Part shown: piece after piece, positions 1 through 12,214 of the stretch
How positions within the stretch are numbered: position 1 is the first letter of the stretch
Layout: each line of letters opens with the position of its first letter
Position numbers and translations under genes: made by a program
The notes under the pieces: model-generated
Told to the model about the DNA's origin: nothing
The model's database searches: none
What the model saw: only the letters and a program-made list of their open reading frames with translations
NCBI GenBank assembly: GCA_977017645.1
Contig: OZ360226.1
Location: 62,310,001-62,374,000, forward strand
DNA length: 64,000 nt
DNA from: Torpedo marmorata
Taxonomy: Eukaryota
Direction of reading: 5' to 3'

Positions 1-250
1 TCATGTATATATAATAATTTATTGGAAATCAGAGTAGTTTCTATGACGGGGATCAAGAATGAATGGGAACGTGATTTGAATGTTACATTCTCAGGTCAAG
101 ATCGGTATAATGCTCTTGATCTAATTAACGCCTCATCTTTTTGTACTAGACACTGTTTATTACAATTTAAAGTGATACATAGAATTCATATGTCTAAACT
201 TAAACTACCTCATTTTTACACTGACATAGATCCATTGTGTGAGAGATGTA
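1..250 (+). mobile_element. Older L1-clade LINE, ORF2 C-terminal fragment (part 1 of a host element split by nested insertions)
   Basis: ORF 22..303 reads WERDL...LLQFKVIHRIH...PLCERC, the region before and including the start of the L1 ORF2 CCHC knuckle. The frame resumes at 3767. Confidence 0.85.
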
Positions 251-727
251 CATTTTTTTTAAAAAATATTTTATTTAACATTTTTAAATCACAAAATACA
301 TAAAATAGAGTATAAAATTATCAAATTATTTGTGATACATTTTCACCCCCCTCCCTCCCTCCCCTCCCTAACCCTCCCAACCCCACTAATCTAATAAAAA
401 ATAAAAATATAAAATAAAAATAGAAAAAGAAGAAGAAAAAGAAAGAAAAGATAGAGTAAGGGGAATGCCAATCTATAAACTAATTCTATTATGGAGGTCG
501 AGTATGCCAGTAGATCCGATATCCAGAGATCTTCAAATCCTTAAACCAACAGCTTTCATAAATGGGCTCCAAATTTTTAAGAAGAATTAATATTTATTAC
601 GTAGATTATAAGTAATTTTTTCAAGTGGTATACACGAACGAAGTTCTGCATGCCATCTATCTAATCCTAAATCTAAATCAGATTTCCAAGTAATAGCAAT
701 GCACTTCTTTGAAACAGCTAAAGCAAT

Positions 728-2845
728 TCACAAAAATTCTATTTGATACATATTTAATTTCATCTTAATACTAAATTTTCTAATATCTCCAAACAAAAAT
801 ATCTTAGGATCCATTGGAAATATAATCTTAAATACTTTATCTAAAAAAATTTTAACTTTCAACCAAAAATCATAAACTTTTGGACAAAACCATGTAGAAT
901 GTACAAAAGACCCTTCCTCTTTATTACATCTAAAACATAAACCTGATAGTGCTGGATTAAATTTCTTTAATTTTTTAGGTGTTACAAATAATTGATGAAA
1001 AAAATTGTATTGTACTAATCTATATCTAACATTAATAATCTTCGTCATACTTAATTTACATAATTCTTTCCAATGAATTTCATCTATTCTTACACTCAAA
1101 TCTAACTCCCATTTTAATCTTGATTTATGCAATCCTGCTTTAGGCATTTTCCTTTGAAACAATTTATACATTTGAGAAATAAATTTATTAACATCTCCAC
1201 TAGTAACTAATAATTCTAATTCATTTTGTCTTGGTAAAATCAAAGCATAACCTAATTTCTCAATCAAAAAAGCTCTAATTTGATAATAAGCAAAAAGTGT
1301 ATTATCCAATATATTAAATTTATCTTTCATTCTTTGAAAAGTAATAAATTTACCAGCTTCAAAACAATCATTAATCTTCTTAATTCCTTTTTGAAACCAA
1401 ATTTTAAATAATTGATTATTAATAGTAAATGGAATAAGTCCATTTTGATATAAAGGCATCTTTGAAGAAATCAATCCTTTTCCTCCTATTTCCTTATCCG
1501 TCTTATTCCATATTTCTAACAAATGTTTAAAAATAGGCAAATTTTTCTTTTTTGTTGATATTAATTTAGAATCCCATTTATAAATAATTTCTTCTTTGGA
1601 ATCTTCTCCTATATTATTTAACTCTATTTTAATCCAAGCAGAAGATTTAGTTGAATCAAAAAATTCATTAACAAATTTTAGTTGAGCTGCTTTATAATAA
1701 TTTTGGAAATTAGGAAGTTGTAAACCACCCATTTCATAATCCCAAGTTAATTTTTCCATACCTACTCTTGCTAACTTTCCTTTCCATAAAAATTTTCTAA
1801 TAATTGAATTTAAATCTTTTAAAAAATGTTGAGGAATTCCATAAGGAATTGATTGAAAAAGATATTGAATTCTTGGAAAAACATTCATTTTAATACAGTT
1901 TACTCTTCCCATTAAAGTTATAGGTAAGTCTTTCCAATTTTCTAAATCTTTCTTTATTTTCACAAATAATGGTAGATAATTTAATTTATATAAATTAGTC
2001 AATTTTGTATCAACCCTTATTCCCAAATATTTAATTCCTTCCTTTGCCCATTTAAATTGTGTAATTTCTTTACATCTACTATAATCCCCTTGTGATAATG
2101 CCATAATTTCACTTTTATCAGAATTAATTTTATATCCAGATATTTCCTCATATTCTCTCAATAACACAGACAATTGTACTAAGGATGTAATAGATTTTGT
2201 CATATGTATCAATACATCATCTGCAAACAAACTAATTTTATGTTCTTCCATTCCAACTTTAATACCAACTATTTTAGGATCTTTTCTAACTAATTCTGCC
2301 AAAAGTTCTATCGCCAAAATAAATAATGCTGGTGACAAAGGACATCCTTGTCTAGTAGATCGAGTCAAAGGAAATTTTGAAGAAATTTGTCCATTTGTAA
2401 CTACTTTAGCAGATGGTTCTTTATATATAGTTTTAATCCAATTAATAAATGTATTTCCAAAACCAAATTTCTCCAATACCTTAAATAAAAAATTCCACTC
2501 TAATCTATCAAAAGCCTTTTCAGCATCTAAAGTTAAAACTAATGGTAAATCTTCCTTCTTTTTATATAAATTAATTAAGCTAATCAATCTAGCTATATGA
2601 TCTTTTGAATATCTATTTTTAATAAAACCAGCTTGATCTACATGAATTAAATCTGGTAAATAATTAGCCATTCTATTTGCTAAAATTTTTGCCATTATCT
2701 TATAATCTACATTTAATAATGAAATAGGTCTATAAGATTCAGTTTTCAATACATCTCTATCTTTCTTTGGTATAACTGTAATTATTGCATTTAAAAAAGT
2801 ATCTGGTAATGAATGAGTTTCCGTAATTTGATTCAATACTTCCAT
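728..2845 (-). pseudogene. L1 ORF2 reverse transcriptase and C-terminal domain (frameshifted at both ends)
   Basis: Motifs YRPISLLNVDYKI, LDAEKAFD, RQGCPLSP, LFADD, KYLG and CFRC...HSTWFC. Confidence 0.95.
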
Positions 2846-2856
2846 ATATGGAGGTA

Positions 2857-3531
2857 TTAATAAATCTTTAAATCTTTATAAAATTCTGATGGAAATCCAT
2901 CTTCACCTGGAGATTTACCACTCTTTAATGAAGTAAGAACTTCATTAACTTCCCTCATTGAGAAAGGTAAATCTAAAGATTCTCTACTTTGAGTATTCAA
3001 TTTAGGTAATATAATTTTAGATAGAAATCTAGTAATTTTAGAATCGTCTTGATCAATCTGAGATTTATATAAATTCAAATAATAATCTTTAAAAGAATGA
3101 TTTATTTCTCGAGGTTTATAAGTTATTTCTCTAGAGTTCTTTTTCCTTATAGCATTTATAGTTCTAGAAGTTTGATCTTTTTTTAATTGCCATGCCAAAA
3201 CTTTATGAGCTCTTTCCCCTAATTCATAATATCTTTGTTTAGTTCTTTCAATTAATTTTTCCATTTTATATGTTTGTAATAAATTATAATGTAGTTTCTT
3301 CCCGATTAAATGGTTCCTTTTTTGAATTGATCTGTTTTTTTGTAAATCTTTTTCCAAACATTCAATCTCCTTCTCAAGTTTTTCTACTTCCCTAAGATAA
3401 TCTTTCTTAATTTTTGCTGAATAGCTTATTATTTGACCTCTTAAATAAGCTTTTAAAGCTTCCCAAATAATAAATTTATTATCAGTAGAATTAGAATTTA
3501 TTTGTAAAAATTCCTGAATCTCCCTTCTCAT
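2857..3531 (-). pseudogene. L1 ORF2 EN-RT linker region
   Basis: Motifs WEALKAYLRG and KSPGEDGF; frameshifted relative to 728..2845. Confidence 0.9.
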
Positions 3532-3766
3532 ATAGTCACAAAAATCTTTCCTTTTTAATAAAGAAGAATTGAATCTCCAGCTATATACAGTTTTTTATTT
3601 TTCTGGAATTATACAAGATATTAATAAAGGTGAATGATCAGAAATTATTCTCGCTTTATACGATGCTTGCGTTATTCTATCTTGAACCTGAGAAGACAAT
3701 AAAAATAAATCTATCCTAGAATATGAATCATGTCTGAAAGAATAAAAAGAATAATCTTTAGATGTA

Positions 3767-3858
3767 AAATTTTTGAAGCTTCACTGATACATATGTTTTG
3801 GGAATGCCACAATTTGGAGAGATTTTGGAAGGATATTTTTAAATCTTTATCATTGATA
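3767..3858 (+). mobile_element. Older L1 host, part 2
   Basis: Continues the part 1 frame: (CERC)KIFEASLIHMFWECHNLERFWKDIFKSLSLI. Confidence 0.85.
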
Positions 3859-6215
3859 AAATCTTTACCTCGAGGTAGGGGTACCATTAGGGAATAGTGA
3901 CCATGGTATGGTTACTTTTGATATTCAACTGGAAAGGGAAAAAGAAAGGAAGTCGGAGGCATATATACTGCAGTTAAATAAAGGAGATTATGCAGCTATG
4001 AGGGAAGAGCTAGCCAAAATAAAATGGAATAATACACTAGCTGGGAGGACAACTGGGGAAAAATGGCAGGTATTTTTGAACATTTTTCGCAGGATTCAGG
4101 ATAAATTCATTCCAAAGTGGAGGAAAGGCTCAAGGAGATGCAAAAGGCAGCCGTGGCTAACTAAAGAAATCAAGTGTATTATCAAGTCCAAAGGGAGTAC
4201 GTATAAGATAGCGAAGCGGAGTGGGAAGCTTGAGGATTGGGAAACCTTCAAAGAACATCAGAGGGTAACTAAGAAAGTCATAAGGGAGGGGAAAATGAAG
4301 TATGAGAAGAAATTAGCAAGTAATATAATAGAGGATAGCAAAAGCTTTTTTAAATATGTGAAGAGGAAGAAAATGGTTCGGTCTAAAATTGGTTCATTAA
4401 GAATGGAAAAGGGTGAAATTATTACTGAAAACAAGGAAATGGCTGAGGAATTTAACAAATACTTTGCATCTGTCTTCACCAAGGAAGATATAGGTGATGG
4501 TCAGTTAGGGGGTAGTGGTCATGCGGTATCAGGAGACTGGGGGAACTTTCCTGGGGAAGTAGGGAATCTGATAGATATTAGGATCCAGAAGCAGGAGGTT
4601 GAGAGTAAATTGTTGGGACTGAGGGCTGATAAATCCCCAGGGCCTGATGGGCTGCATCCCAGGGTGCTTAAAGAGGTTGCTCTGGAAATTGTGGAGGCAC
4701 TGGTCGACATTTTCCAAAGCTCCATAGATTCGGGGGAGGTACCTGTGGATTGGAGAGTGGCTGATGTGGTGCCGCTTTTTAAGAAGGGAGGGAGGGAAAA
4801 AACGGGTAATTATAGACCAGTCAGCCTGACGTCAGTGGTGGGGAAGATATTGGAATCCATCATAAAAGGAGTAATAGCAGAACACTTAGGAAGAAATAAT
4901 AGTATAAGGGCTAGTCAGCATGGATTCCTTAAGGGTAAGTCATGCTTGACTAACCTTCTGGAATTTTTTGAAGATGTGACAAAGAGGGTGGACTTGGGAG
5001 AGCCAGTGGATGTGGTGTATTTGGACTTCCAGAAGGCCTTTGATAAGGTACCGCACGGGAGACTAGTGGGCAAGATCAGGGAGCATGGTATTGATGGTAA
5101 GGTGCTGACGTGGATAGGAAATTGGTTAAGAAATAGGAAACAAAGGGTTGGGGTAAGCGGGTCTTTTTCAGGATGGCAGGATGTGACGAGTGGAGTGCCG
5201 CAGGGATCGGTGTTGGGTCCTCAGTTGTTTGTCATTTATGTAAATGATTTGGATGATGGGATTATTAATAACTTGAGTAAATTTGCAGATGACACTAAAC
5301 TGGGTGGCGGTGTAAAGTGTGAAGAGGATGTCAGGAAAATGCAGAGGGACTTGGACAGGTTGGGGGAGTGGGCTGAAGAATGGAAAATGAAGTTCAATGT
5401 GAGCAAATGTGAGGTTATCCATTTTGGGGGCAGTAATAGGAAAGCAGAGTATTATCTAAATGGTGACAAGCTAGGGAGTGGGGAAGTGCAAATGGATCTG
5501 GGTGTACTTGTTCACCAGTCACTGAAGGCTAACATGCAGGTACAGAAAGCTGTGAAGAAGGCAAATGGCATGTTGGCTTTCATAAAGAGGGGATTGGACT
5601 ATAGGAGCAGAGACACCCTTCTGCAGTTGTACAGGGCCCTGGTGAGACCCCACCTGGAGTATTGCGTCCAGTTCTGGTCTCCAAATTTGAGGAAGGACAT
5701 ACTAGCTATAGAGGGTGTGCAGCGCAGATTTACAAGGTTAGTTCCAGGAATGGCAGGGTTGACATATGCTGAAAGGTTAGAAAAACTGGACTTATATTCG
5801 ATGGAGTTTAGGAGGATGAGGGGGGATATGATTGAGGTTTACAAAATTATCAAGGGGATAGACAGGGTGAAGTCAGATTACTTGTTCCCAATGATGGGAG
5901 AGACGAGGACTAGAGGGCATAGTTTAAGAATTCAGGGAAGGCCCTTTAGGACGGAGATGAGAAAAAATTTCTTTAGCCAGAGAAGTGTGAATCTGTGGAA
6001 TGCTCTGCCACAGAGGGTGGTAGAGGCAGATTCGCTGATTATGTTCAAAAGAGAGTTAGATAAGACTCTAATGGGCAGAGGATTTAAGGGTTATGGGGAT
6101 AAGGCTGGTAAGGGGTACTGATAGTAGTGATCAGCCATGATCTGTAAAATGGCGGTGCTGGCTCGACGGGCCGAAGGGCCTACTCCAGCTCCTATTGTCT
6201 ATTGTCTATTGTCTA
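3859..6215 (+). mobile_element. Young 5'-truncated CR1-clade LINE
   Basis: Starts at the EN end (PLGNSDH) and has an uninterrupted ORF2. The short 3'UTR carries a GGCC-GAAG-GGCC hairpin and an (ATTGTCT)n tail at 6194-6215. Confidence 0.95.
3908..6121 (+). CDS. CR1 ORF2 reverse transcriptase (open frame, lacks most of the endonuclease)
   Basis: Motifs KSPGPDG, NYRPVSLTS, QHGF, YLDFQKAFD, SGVPQGSVLGP, KFADD and LVRPHLEY; no stops over 737 aa. Confidence 0.93.
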   Translation: MVTFDIQLEREKERKSEAYILQLNKGDYAAMREELAKIKWNNTLAGRTTGEKWQVFLNIFRRIQDKFIPKWRKGSRRCKRQPWLTKEIKCIIKSKGSTYKIAKRSGKLEDWETFKEHQRVTKKVIREGKMKYEKKLASNIIEDSKSFFKYVKRKKMVRSKIGSLRMEKGEIITENKEMAEEFNKYFASVFTKEDIGDGQLGGSGHAVSGDWGNFPGEVGNLIDIRIQKQEVESKLLGLRADKSPGPDGLHPRVLKEVALEIVEALVDIFQSSIDSGEVPVDWRVADVVPLFKKGGREKTGNYRPVSLTSVVGKILESIIKGVIAEHLGRNNSIRASQHGFLKGKSCLTNLLEFFEDVTKRVDLGEPVDVVYLDFQKAFDKVPHGRLVGKIREHGIDGKVLTWIGNWLRNRKQRVGVSGSFSGWQDVTSGVPQGSVLGPQLFVIYVNDLDDGIINNLSKFADDTKLGGGVKCEEDVRKMQRDLDRLGEWAEEWKMKFNVSKCEVIHFGGSNRKAEYYLNGDKLGSGEVQMDLGVLVHQSLKANMQVQKAVKKANGMLAFIKRGLDYRSRDTLLQLYRALVRPHLEYCVQFWSPNLRKDILAIEGVQRRFTRLVPGMAGLTYAERLEKLDLYSMEFRRMRGDMIEVYKIIKGIDRVKSDYLFPMMGETRTRGHSLRIQGRPFRTEMRKNFFSQRSVNLWNALPQRVVEADSLIMFKRELDKTLMGRGFKGYGDKAGKGY

Positions 6216-6242
6216 TTTTTAAGATTAATATTGAACCATGTC

Positions 6243-7527
6243 ACAGGGAAAAACTCTCCTATTTTTAAACATTTGTTAGAAATATGGAATAGAGTGGATA
6301 GGGAGATAGGAGGGAAAGGGTTAATTTCTCAAAAAATGCCTCTGTGTCAAAATAAACTCATTCCATTTACTGTTGATAATCAATTATTTAAAATTTGGTT
6401 CCAAAAGGGAATAAAGAAAATAAATGATTGTTTTGAAGCTAGTAAATTTATTACTTTTCAAAGAATGAAATATAAGTTTAATGTATCAAATAATACACTT
6501 TTTGCTTATTATCAAATTAGAGCATTTTTAGTTGAAAGGTTGGGCTATAGTTTGACTTTACCAAGACAAAATGAACTGGAATTATTAGTTACTAATGGAG
6601 GTGTAAATAAATTTATTTCTCAAATGTATAGATTGTTACAGAGAAAAATGCCTAAACTAGGAATTCATAAATCAAGATTAAATTGGGAATCAGATCTGAA
6701 TGTAACAATAGATGAAGAACATTGGAAAGAATTATGTAAACAAAGTATGACGAAGATTATTAACGTTAGATATAGATTAGTGCAATATAATTTTTTTCAT
6801 CAATTATATTTAACACCTAAAAAATTAAAGAAATTTAATCCGACATTATCTGGTTTATGTTTTAGATGTAATAGAGAGGAAGGTTCTTTTGTACATTCTA
6901 CATGGCTTTGTCCAAAGATATATGATTTTTGGTTGAAAGTTAAAAAGTTTTTGGACAATGTATTAAGAATTACACTCCCAATGGATCCTATGATATTTTT
7001 GTTTGGGGATATTAAAAGAATTAGTATTAAGATGAAATTAAATATGTATCAAATAGAAATGCATTGCTATTACATGGAAATCTGATGTAGATTTAGGGTT
7101 AGAAAGATGGCATGCAGAACTTCGTTCATACATACCACTTGAAAAAATTACTTATAATTTTACGTAATAAATATCATTTCTTTTTGAAAATATGGACCCC
7201 ATATATAAAAACTGTCGGTTTAAGGATTTGAAGATCTGGATATCAGATCTGACTGGCGAACCTGTGTTCCACAATAAAATTAGTTTATAGTTGTTCTTTT
7301 TTAGATTNNNNNNNNNNNNNNNNNNNNNNNNNNNNNNNNNNNNNNNNNNNNNNNNNNNNNNNNNNNNNNNNNNNNNNNNNNNNNNNNNNNNNNNNNNNNN
7401 NNNNNNNNNNNNNNNNNNNNNNNNNNNNNNNNNNNNNNNNNNNNNATGTAATTTGATAATTTTGCATTTTAAATTACGTACTGTGTGATTTAAAAATTTT
7501 AAATAAAATATTTTTTAAAATATATAT
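6243..7527 (+). mobile_element. AT-rich L1-clade LINE, 3' fragment
   Basis: ORF 6195..7085 is homologous to the C-terminus of 728..2845. 15-bp TSD ATATTGAACCATGTC at 6228-6242 and 7528-7542. Confidence 0.93.
7308..7445. other. Assembly gap (N run) inside the L1 3'UTR
   Basis: Run of n characters. Confidence 1.
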
Positions 7528-8191
7528 ATATTGAACCATGTCCTATAATTGCTCTGTTTGGTTTTTCACGTGAACTTAACATACCTTTGTCTGCATCACA
7601 GGAAAAAGTTTTAGCTTTTTCCACGTTGATTGCCAGACGGGCAATTTTATTAAAATGGAAAGATGAGTTATCACCGACACATAGACAGTGGTTAGTAGAT
7701 GTAATGTCCTATCTGAGTTTGGAGAAAATTAGATATAATATTAAAGATAGAAAGTTTAATTTTTTAAAGATCTGGGGGCCATTCATTGAATACTATCATG
7801 ATTGGAAGAATTAACATAACTGACTATCCCGAGGACTCTCTGTCCGATGCTTGGAGGTCGCTACAGGATCCATACCCTTTTTTACAATATCAAGGTAACC
7901 TTACTTAGAGGGAGGGGTTAGAATAGATTAATTATTAGTGTTTTTTTTTGTCTTTTTTTTTCTTCTTTCTTTTTATTTTATTTTCAAGTGTTTTTTTTTT
8001 TAAAGATAATTGTAAGGAACTAGAGTTTTAACCTATATTAAGAATTTAGTTACGACAATTTACTTCGTTTTTTTATATATATATTTACATGTATAAATAC
8101 CAGCTGATTTTTTGAATGTTTTTCTTAATTTTGTTACTCTGTATACATGTTTATTGTTGAAACTCAATAAAAATATTTTAAAAAGAAAAGA
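7528..8191 (+). mobile_element. Older L1 host, 3' end (ORF2 terminus, 3'UTR, A-rich tail)
   Basis: Reads IEPCPIIALFG...IARRAILLKWK...LSLEKIRY...FLKIWGPF*. AATAAA at about 8166 is followed by an A-rich tail. Confidence 0.88.
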
Positions 8192-10161
8192 AACTGTAGA
8201 TAATTAATGGAGACAATTTTGTTGTTGCTTGTTAAGGTAATTTCTCCAAACTTCCCCTTTTCAACTGCCTCTTGAGTTTCTAGAGTTTTTGTACAAGGTT
8301 GCTCTTTCAGTCCATGCAGTTCGATCACTTTGTCTGCATAAACAATCGTAGTTGTGCATTTCTGTAAACACTCTGACAGTAAACCAAGTTCATGCAACGT
8401 GTCATACATTAGAGCTAAGTCCAATAGAAACTGTTCTGAAGAGAGTCTTTTCAAGACCTTCATAGGTTTTTCTGTCACTCGCAGATATTGTTTCATCCTT
8501 CATTGCTTTTTCAAAATGAAAACACAGTGCTTCATAATTTTGCCACACTGCTGAAACTGTTTGAAACGAGCTAGCTACCCACCTGGTGCCCAGAACACGG
8601 CCTATTTTGCAAATTTGTTGTTCTAGTTGAGAGGCACATTCAGACAGTTCCTTTTGATTTAGAGGTGATCTACTGTAAACAGAGTACAATTTGTCCATAA
8701 ATGATTGAAAATGATTAATTCCATGAACTTCTCTCACCGAATCACCTACTGCAAGTTCTAATCTGTGATTAAGACAGTGCCAAATTATCACATCAGGGTA
8801 ATGTTCCTTGAGAATTGTAGCAACACCAGATTTGACACCAAGCATTACGCTCGCCCCATCACTAGCAAATGCTACAAGGTTCTGTTTCAAGTAAGAGTCA
8901 TCAAACCCATGGTTTTTGAGATAGTTCAATAGATGCTTAGCAATAGTTGCAGCTTTCTGATCAGGCAGTTCAATTAGATCTAAAAACATAAAATGGGGAT
9001 CACCTTCCTTATCACTTTCACATTTCAAATAAACTATTAGGCGGTCTTAATGCTCAGGCTTGATGATTCATCAATGAGAACAGAAATTTTGCCATTTATC
9101 TGCTTGATATGCTGGCAAATTTAATTTTTCATTTTAATGGCTATGTGATTAATTATCTCTGTAGCACTAGTGCGGGAATGCAGTCCAATTCCAATGTTAA
9201 AACTATTTTTGTTTTGAAGTTCCAGTAAGCCAAAGTGATCAGAGTGTGGTCTGTCATTCTGAGCTAATAATATGCAGAACAAAAAATTGAACAAATTGCC
9301 TTTAGATGTGAAGCATTCGTGGTGTCACATAATTTTCCAAGAGCATCTTCACCAGCTATATTTTCAACACATAGAGCAGCAGTGTAAGCTTTTGATAGTT
9401 TGTGATCAACAATTTTTTTTCTGAGAGACTTCAAGCGTATACTTCGATCGGCTCCATAATAGGATACTTGGTACATCTGCCATTCATTTCACAGCCTCAA
9501 ACGCTTAGAAGTGAAAAGTGTCAGATTGCTTATGTTTGCACATACTTTACACCCAAGTTTATCATCCTTGAAGTCTAACCAGGGATAAGTTTCCTTCTTT
9601 TTCTTCCACATTTCTTCAGTCCAAACACCTGAACAGGGATACAAGCCTGACGTCGAAGCCCCATTACTTTCAGAACTACATTTGGACCCGGTTAGAAAAT
9701 TTGAACTAGAGGCAAGTGAAACTATGGAAGGGGAACACCGAATTTCATGACTTGTTCATGACAATAAATTCTGATTCTGACTCTGGATATTGAAGCTCCA
9801 AGATCGAGGAAGGCACCAAATCGGATCAGGAAGATCGATTGCAGCAGCCTGGGGTGGCAACAGTTCGATGTTCACGTGGACATCAGGAAGCGGTGCTGCA
9901 CTATACGCTGAACAACACAGCAGATGTGCTCCGGGTAGAAGGCCCGCATCGACCTATTCTCATCTTTATTTAGCCAGAGGACAATCCAGCAGGCTTTCAG
10001 TTGTTGCGAAGATCGGCAGAGTCCAACCATCCGAAGCTAGGCAAGATACATCGAGCCGATTTGCCTCTCTATCATTCAGCTCCCCCTCCTAGGGGGCAAT
10101 GCAGTCTCCACAGAGGTGCCGGAGTGACGATCCGGTGAGCTCCGGAAGCACTGCACCCCTG
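8192..10161 (-). mobile_element. hAT DNA transposon fossil (KIAA1586/ZNF862-like transposase), truncated by the L1 insertion
   Basis: Broken ORFs with SVLIDES, FASDGASVMLG, HCLNHRLELAV and LGTRW motifs. A hAT-like terminus CAGGGGTG starts at 10161 on the minus strand. Confidence 0.85.
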
Positions 10162-10663
10162 GTTATTCCTTCAGACATAAAGGCCAGGATTAATAAATTA
10201 TTTTAATTATTTTCAGTATATGCTACTGAAATTCAAATGATTCTTGCAAATCGATCCCTTCTCTCTTTCCCCATGTATTCTTGGAGTGCCACTGCTTCTA
10301 GATTTTCAATATCTACAGCGCCCTCCAATATGTTTGGGACAAAGACACGTTTTTCCTCTATTTGTTCCTGTGCCCCACAGTTTTCAATTTGTAATCAAAC
10401 AATTCACATGTGATTAAAGTGCACATTCCAGATTTTATTCAAGGTTATTTGTTTACACTTTGGTTTGACCATGTAGAAATTACAGCACTTTTTATACATG
10501 CTTCCCCCATTTCAGGGCACCGTAATGTTTGGGACATTTGGCTTCACAGGTGTTTATGAGTACTCAGGTATGTTTAATTGCTTCATTGGCTCAGGTATAA
10601 GAGAGCTAGGCTTGCTTCTAAGCTTTTGATCACCTTTGGAGTCTGTAGTTGCTATTTTTCAAC

Positions 10664-11700
10664 ATGAGGACCAGAGTTGTGCCAATGAAAGTCAAATAAG
10701 CCATTATGAGGCTGAAAAATAAGAATAAAACAGTAAGAGACATCATTCACACCTGAGGATTACCAAAATCAACAGTTTTGAACATCATTAAGAAGTACGA
10801 GTATACTGGTGAGCTCAGTAATCGCAAGGGGACTGGTAGGCCAAGGATGACCACCATTGCTGATAACAGACAAATTCTCATCATAATGAAGAAAAATCCC
10901 CAAACGCCTATCCAACCAATCAGAAACGCTCTTCAGGAGGCAGGTGTGGATGTGTCAATGACTACTGTCCGCAGAAGACTTCATGAACAGGAATAGAGAG
11001 GCTGCACTGCAAGATGCAAACCACTAGTTGGCCACAGAAACAGGATGGCCAGATTACAGTTTGCCAAGAAGTATTTAAAAGAGCCTGCAGAATTCTGGAA
11101 AAAGGTCTTGTGGACAGATGAGACCTAGATTAACCTGTATCAGAGTGATGGCAAGAGCAAAATGTGGAGGTGTAAAGGAACTGCCCAAGATCTGAAGCAT
11201 ACCACCTCATCTATGAAACATGGTGGTGGGGGTGTTATGGCCTGGGCATGTATGGCTGCCACAGGTACTGGCGCACTTATCTTATTGATGATGTAACTGC
11301 TGATGGCAGTAGCAAAATGAATTCTGAGGTGGAGAGAAATATTTTATCCGCTCAAGTTCGAGCAAATGCCTCCAAACTCATTGGATGGCGCTTCATCCTA
11401 CAGCAAGACAATGATCCCAAACATACAACTGAAGCAACAAAGGAGATTTTCAAAGCTAAAAACAGGAAAATTCTTGAATGGCCAAGTCAGTCACCCGATC
11501 TAAATCCAATTGAGCATGCCTTCCATATGCTGAAGAGAAAACTTCAGGGGACAAACCCCCGAAACAAGCAGGAACTGAAGATGGCTGCAGTAGAGGCCTG
11601 GCACAGCATCACCAGAGAAGATACTCAGCACCTGGAGATGTCTATCAATCACAGACTTCAAGCAGTCATTGCATGCAAGGGATATACAACAAACTACTAA
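10664..11700 (+). pseudogene. Tc1 DD34E transposase, with stops and frameshifts
   Basis: Motifs GRPR, VLWTDET, QQDNDPKH and SPDLNPIE, with 34 residues between the second D and the E. Confidence 0.93.
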
Positions 11701-11702
11701 AC

Positions 11703-11850
11703 TACTTTGATGAAGGGCTCAAGCCCAAAACGTCGGTTATGTATTTCTACCTTTGCTACATAAAATACACTGTTTGACCTGCTGAGTTTCTCCAGCATTT
11801 TTGTTTTTTACTTCAACCACGGTGTCTACAGATTTTCATGTTTTACTTTT
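11703..11850 (+). mobile_element. Penelope-like element 3' tail inserted at the Tc1 stop codon
   Basis: Near-identical to 51775-51920. 13-bp TSD CAAACTACTAAAC at 11690-11702 and 11851-11863. Confidence 0.92.
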
Positions 11851-12214
11851 CAAACTACTAAACATGTCTACTTTAATATACATACCATTGCTATGTCCCA
11901 AATATTATGGTGCCCTGAAATGAGGGAACTATGTATAAAAAGTGCTGTAATTTCTACATGGTCAAACCAAAATGTATACAAATAACCTTGAATAAAATCT
12001 GGAATGTGCACTTTAATCACATGAATTGTTTGATTACAAATTTAAAACTGTGGAGCACAGTGGCAAATAAAAGAAAAAAATGTGTCTTTGTCCCAAACCT
12101 TATGGAGGGCACTGTAATTTCAAAGTGAATCCAATTGACAAAGACTCATTGTTGAGATTGGAAGTTCTCACAAGGGAGCTTCATCCATCAGCAATAAGCA
12201 TTCAGAATTCGAGT

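Larger units (their letters stand above)
251..3759 (-). mobile_element. AT-rich L1-clade LINE, 5'-truncated within the endonuclease domain
   Basis: Contains the EN C-terminus (YSRIDLFL...SDHSP), RT motifs and a CCHC knuckle. The 3'UTR has a G-rich tract, AATAAA and an A-tail. Candidate TSD AGATGTA at 244-250 and 3760-3766. Confidence 0.95.
10316..12114 (+). mobile_element. Complete Tc1/mariner DNA transposon with IR/DR-type long inverted repeats
   Basis: TA|CAG...CTG|TA ends. Inverted repeats of about 220 bp (10316-~10535, ~11893-12114) each contain a repeated TGTTTGGGACA-type site. Confidence 0.95.

Noticed and set aside
8164-9476. Host gene KIAA1586/ZNF862 (domesticated hAT)
   Set aside because: Multiple frameshifts and stops, a transposon-like terminus at 10161 and truncation by an L1 indicate a dead transposon.
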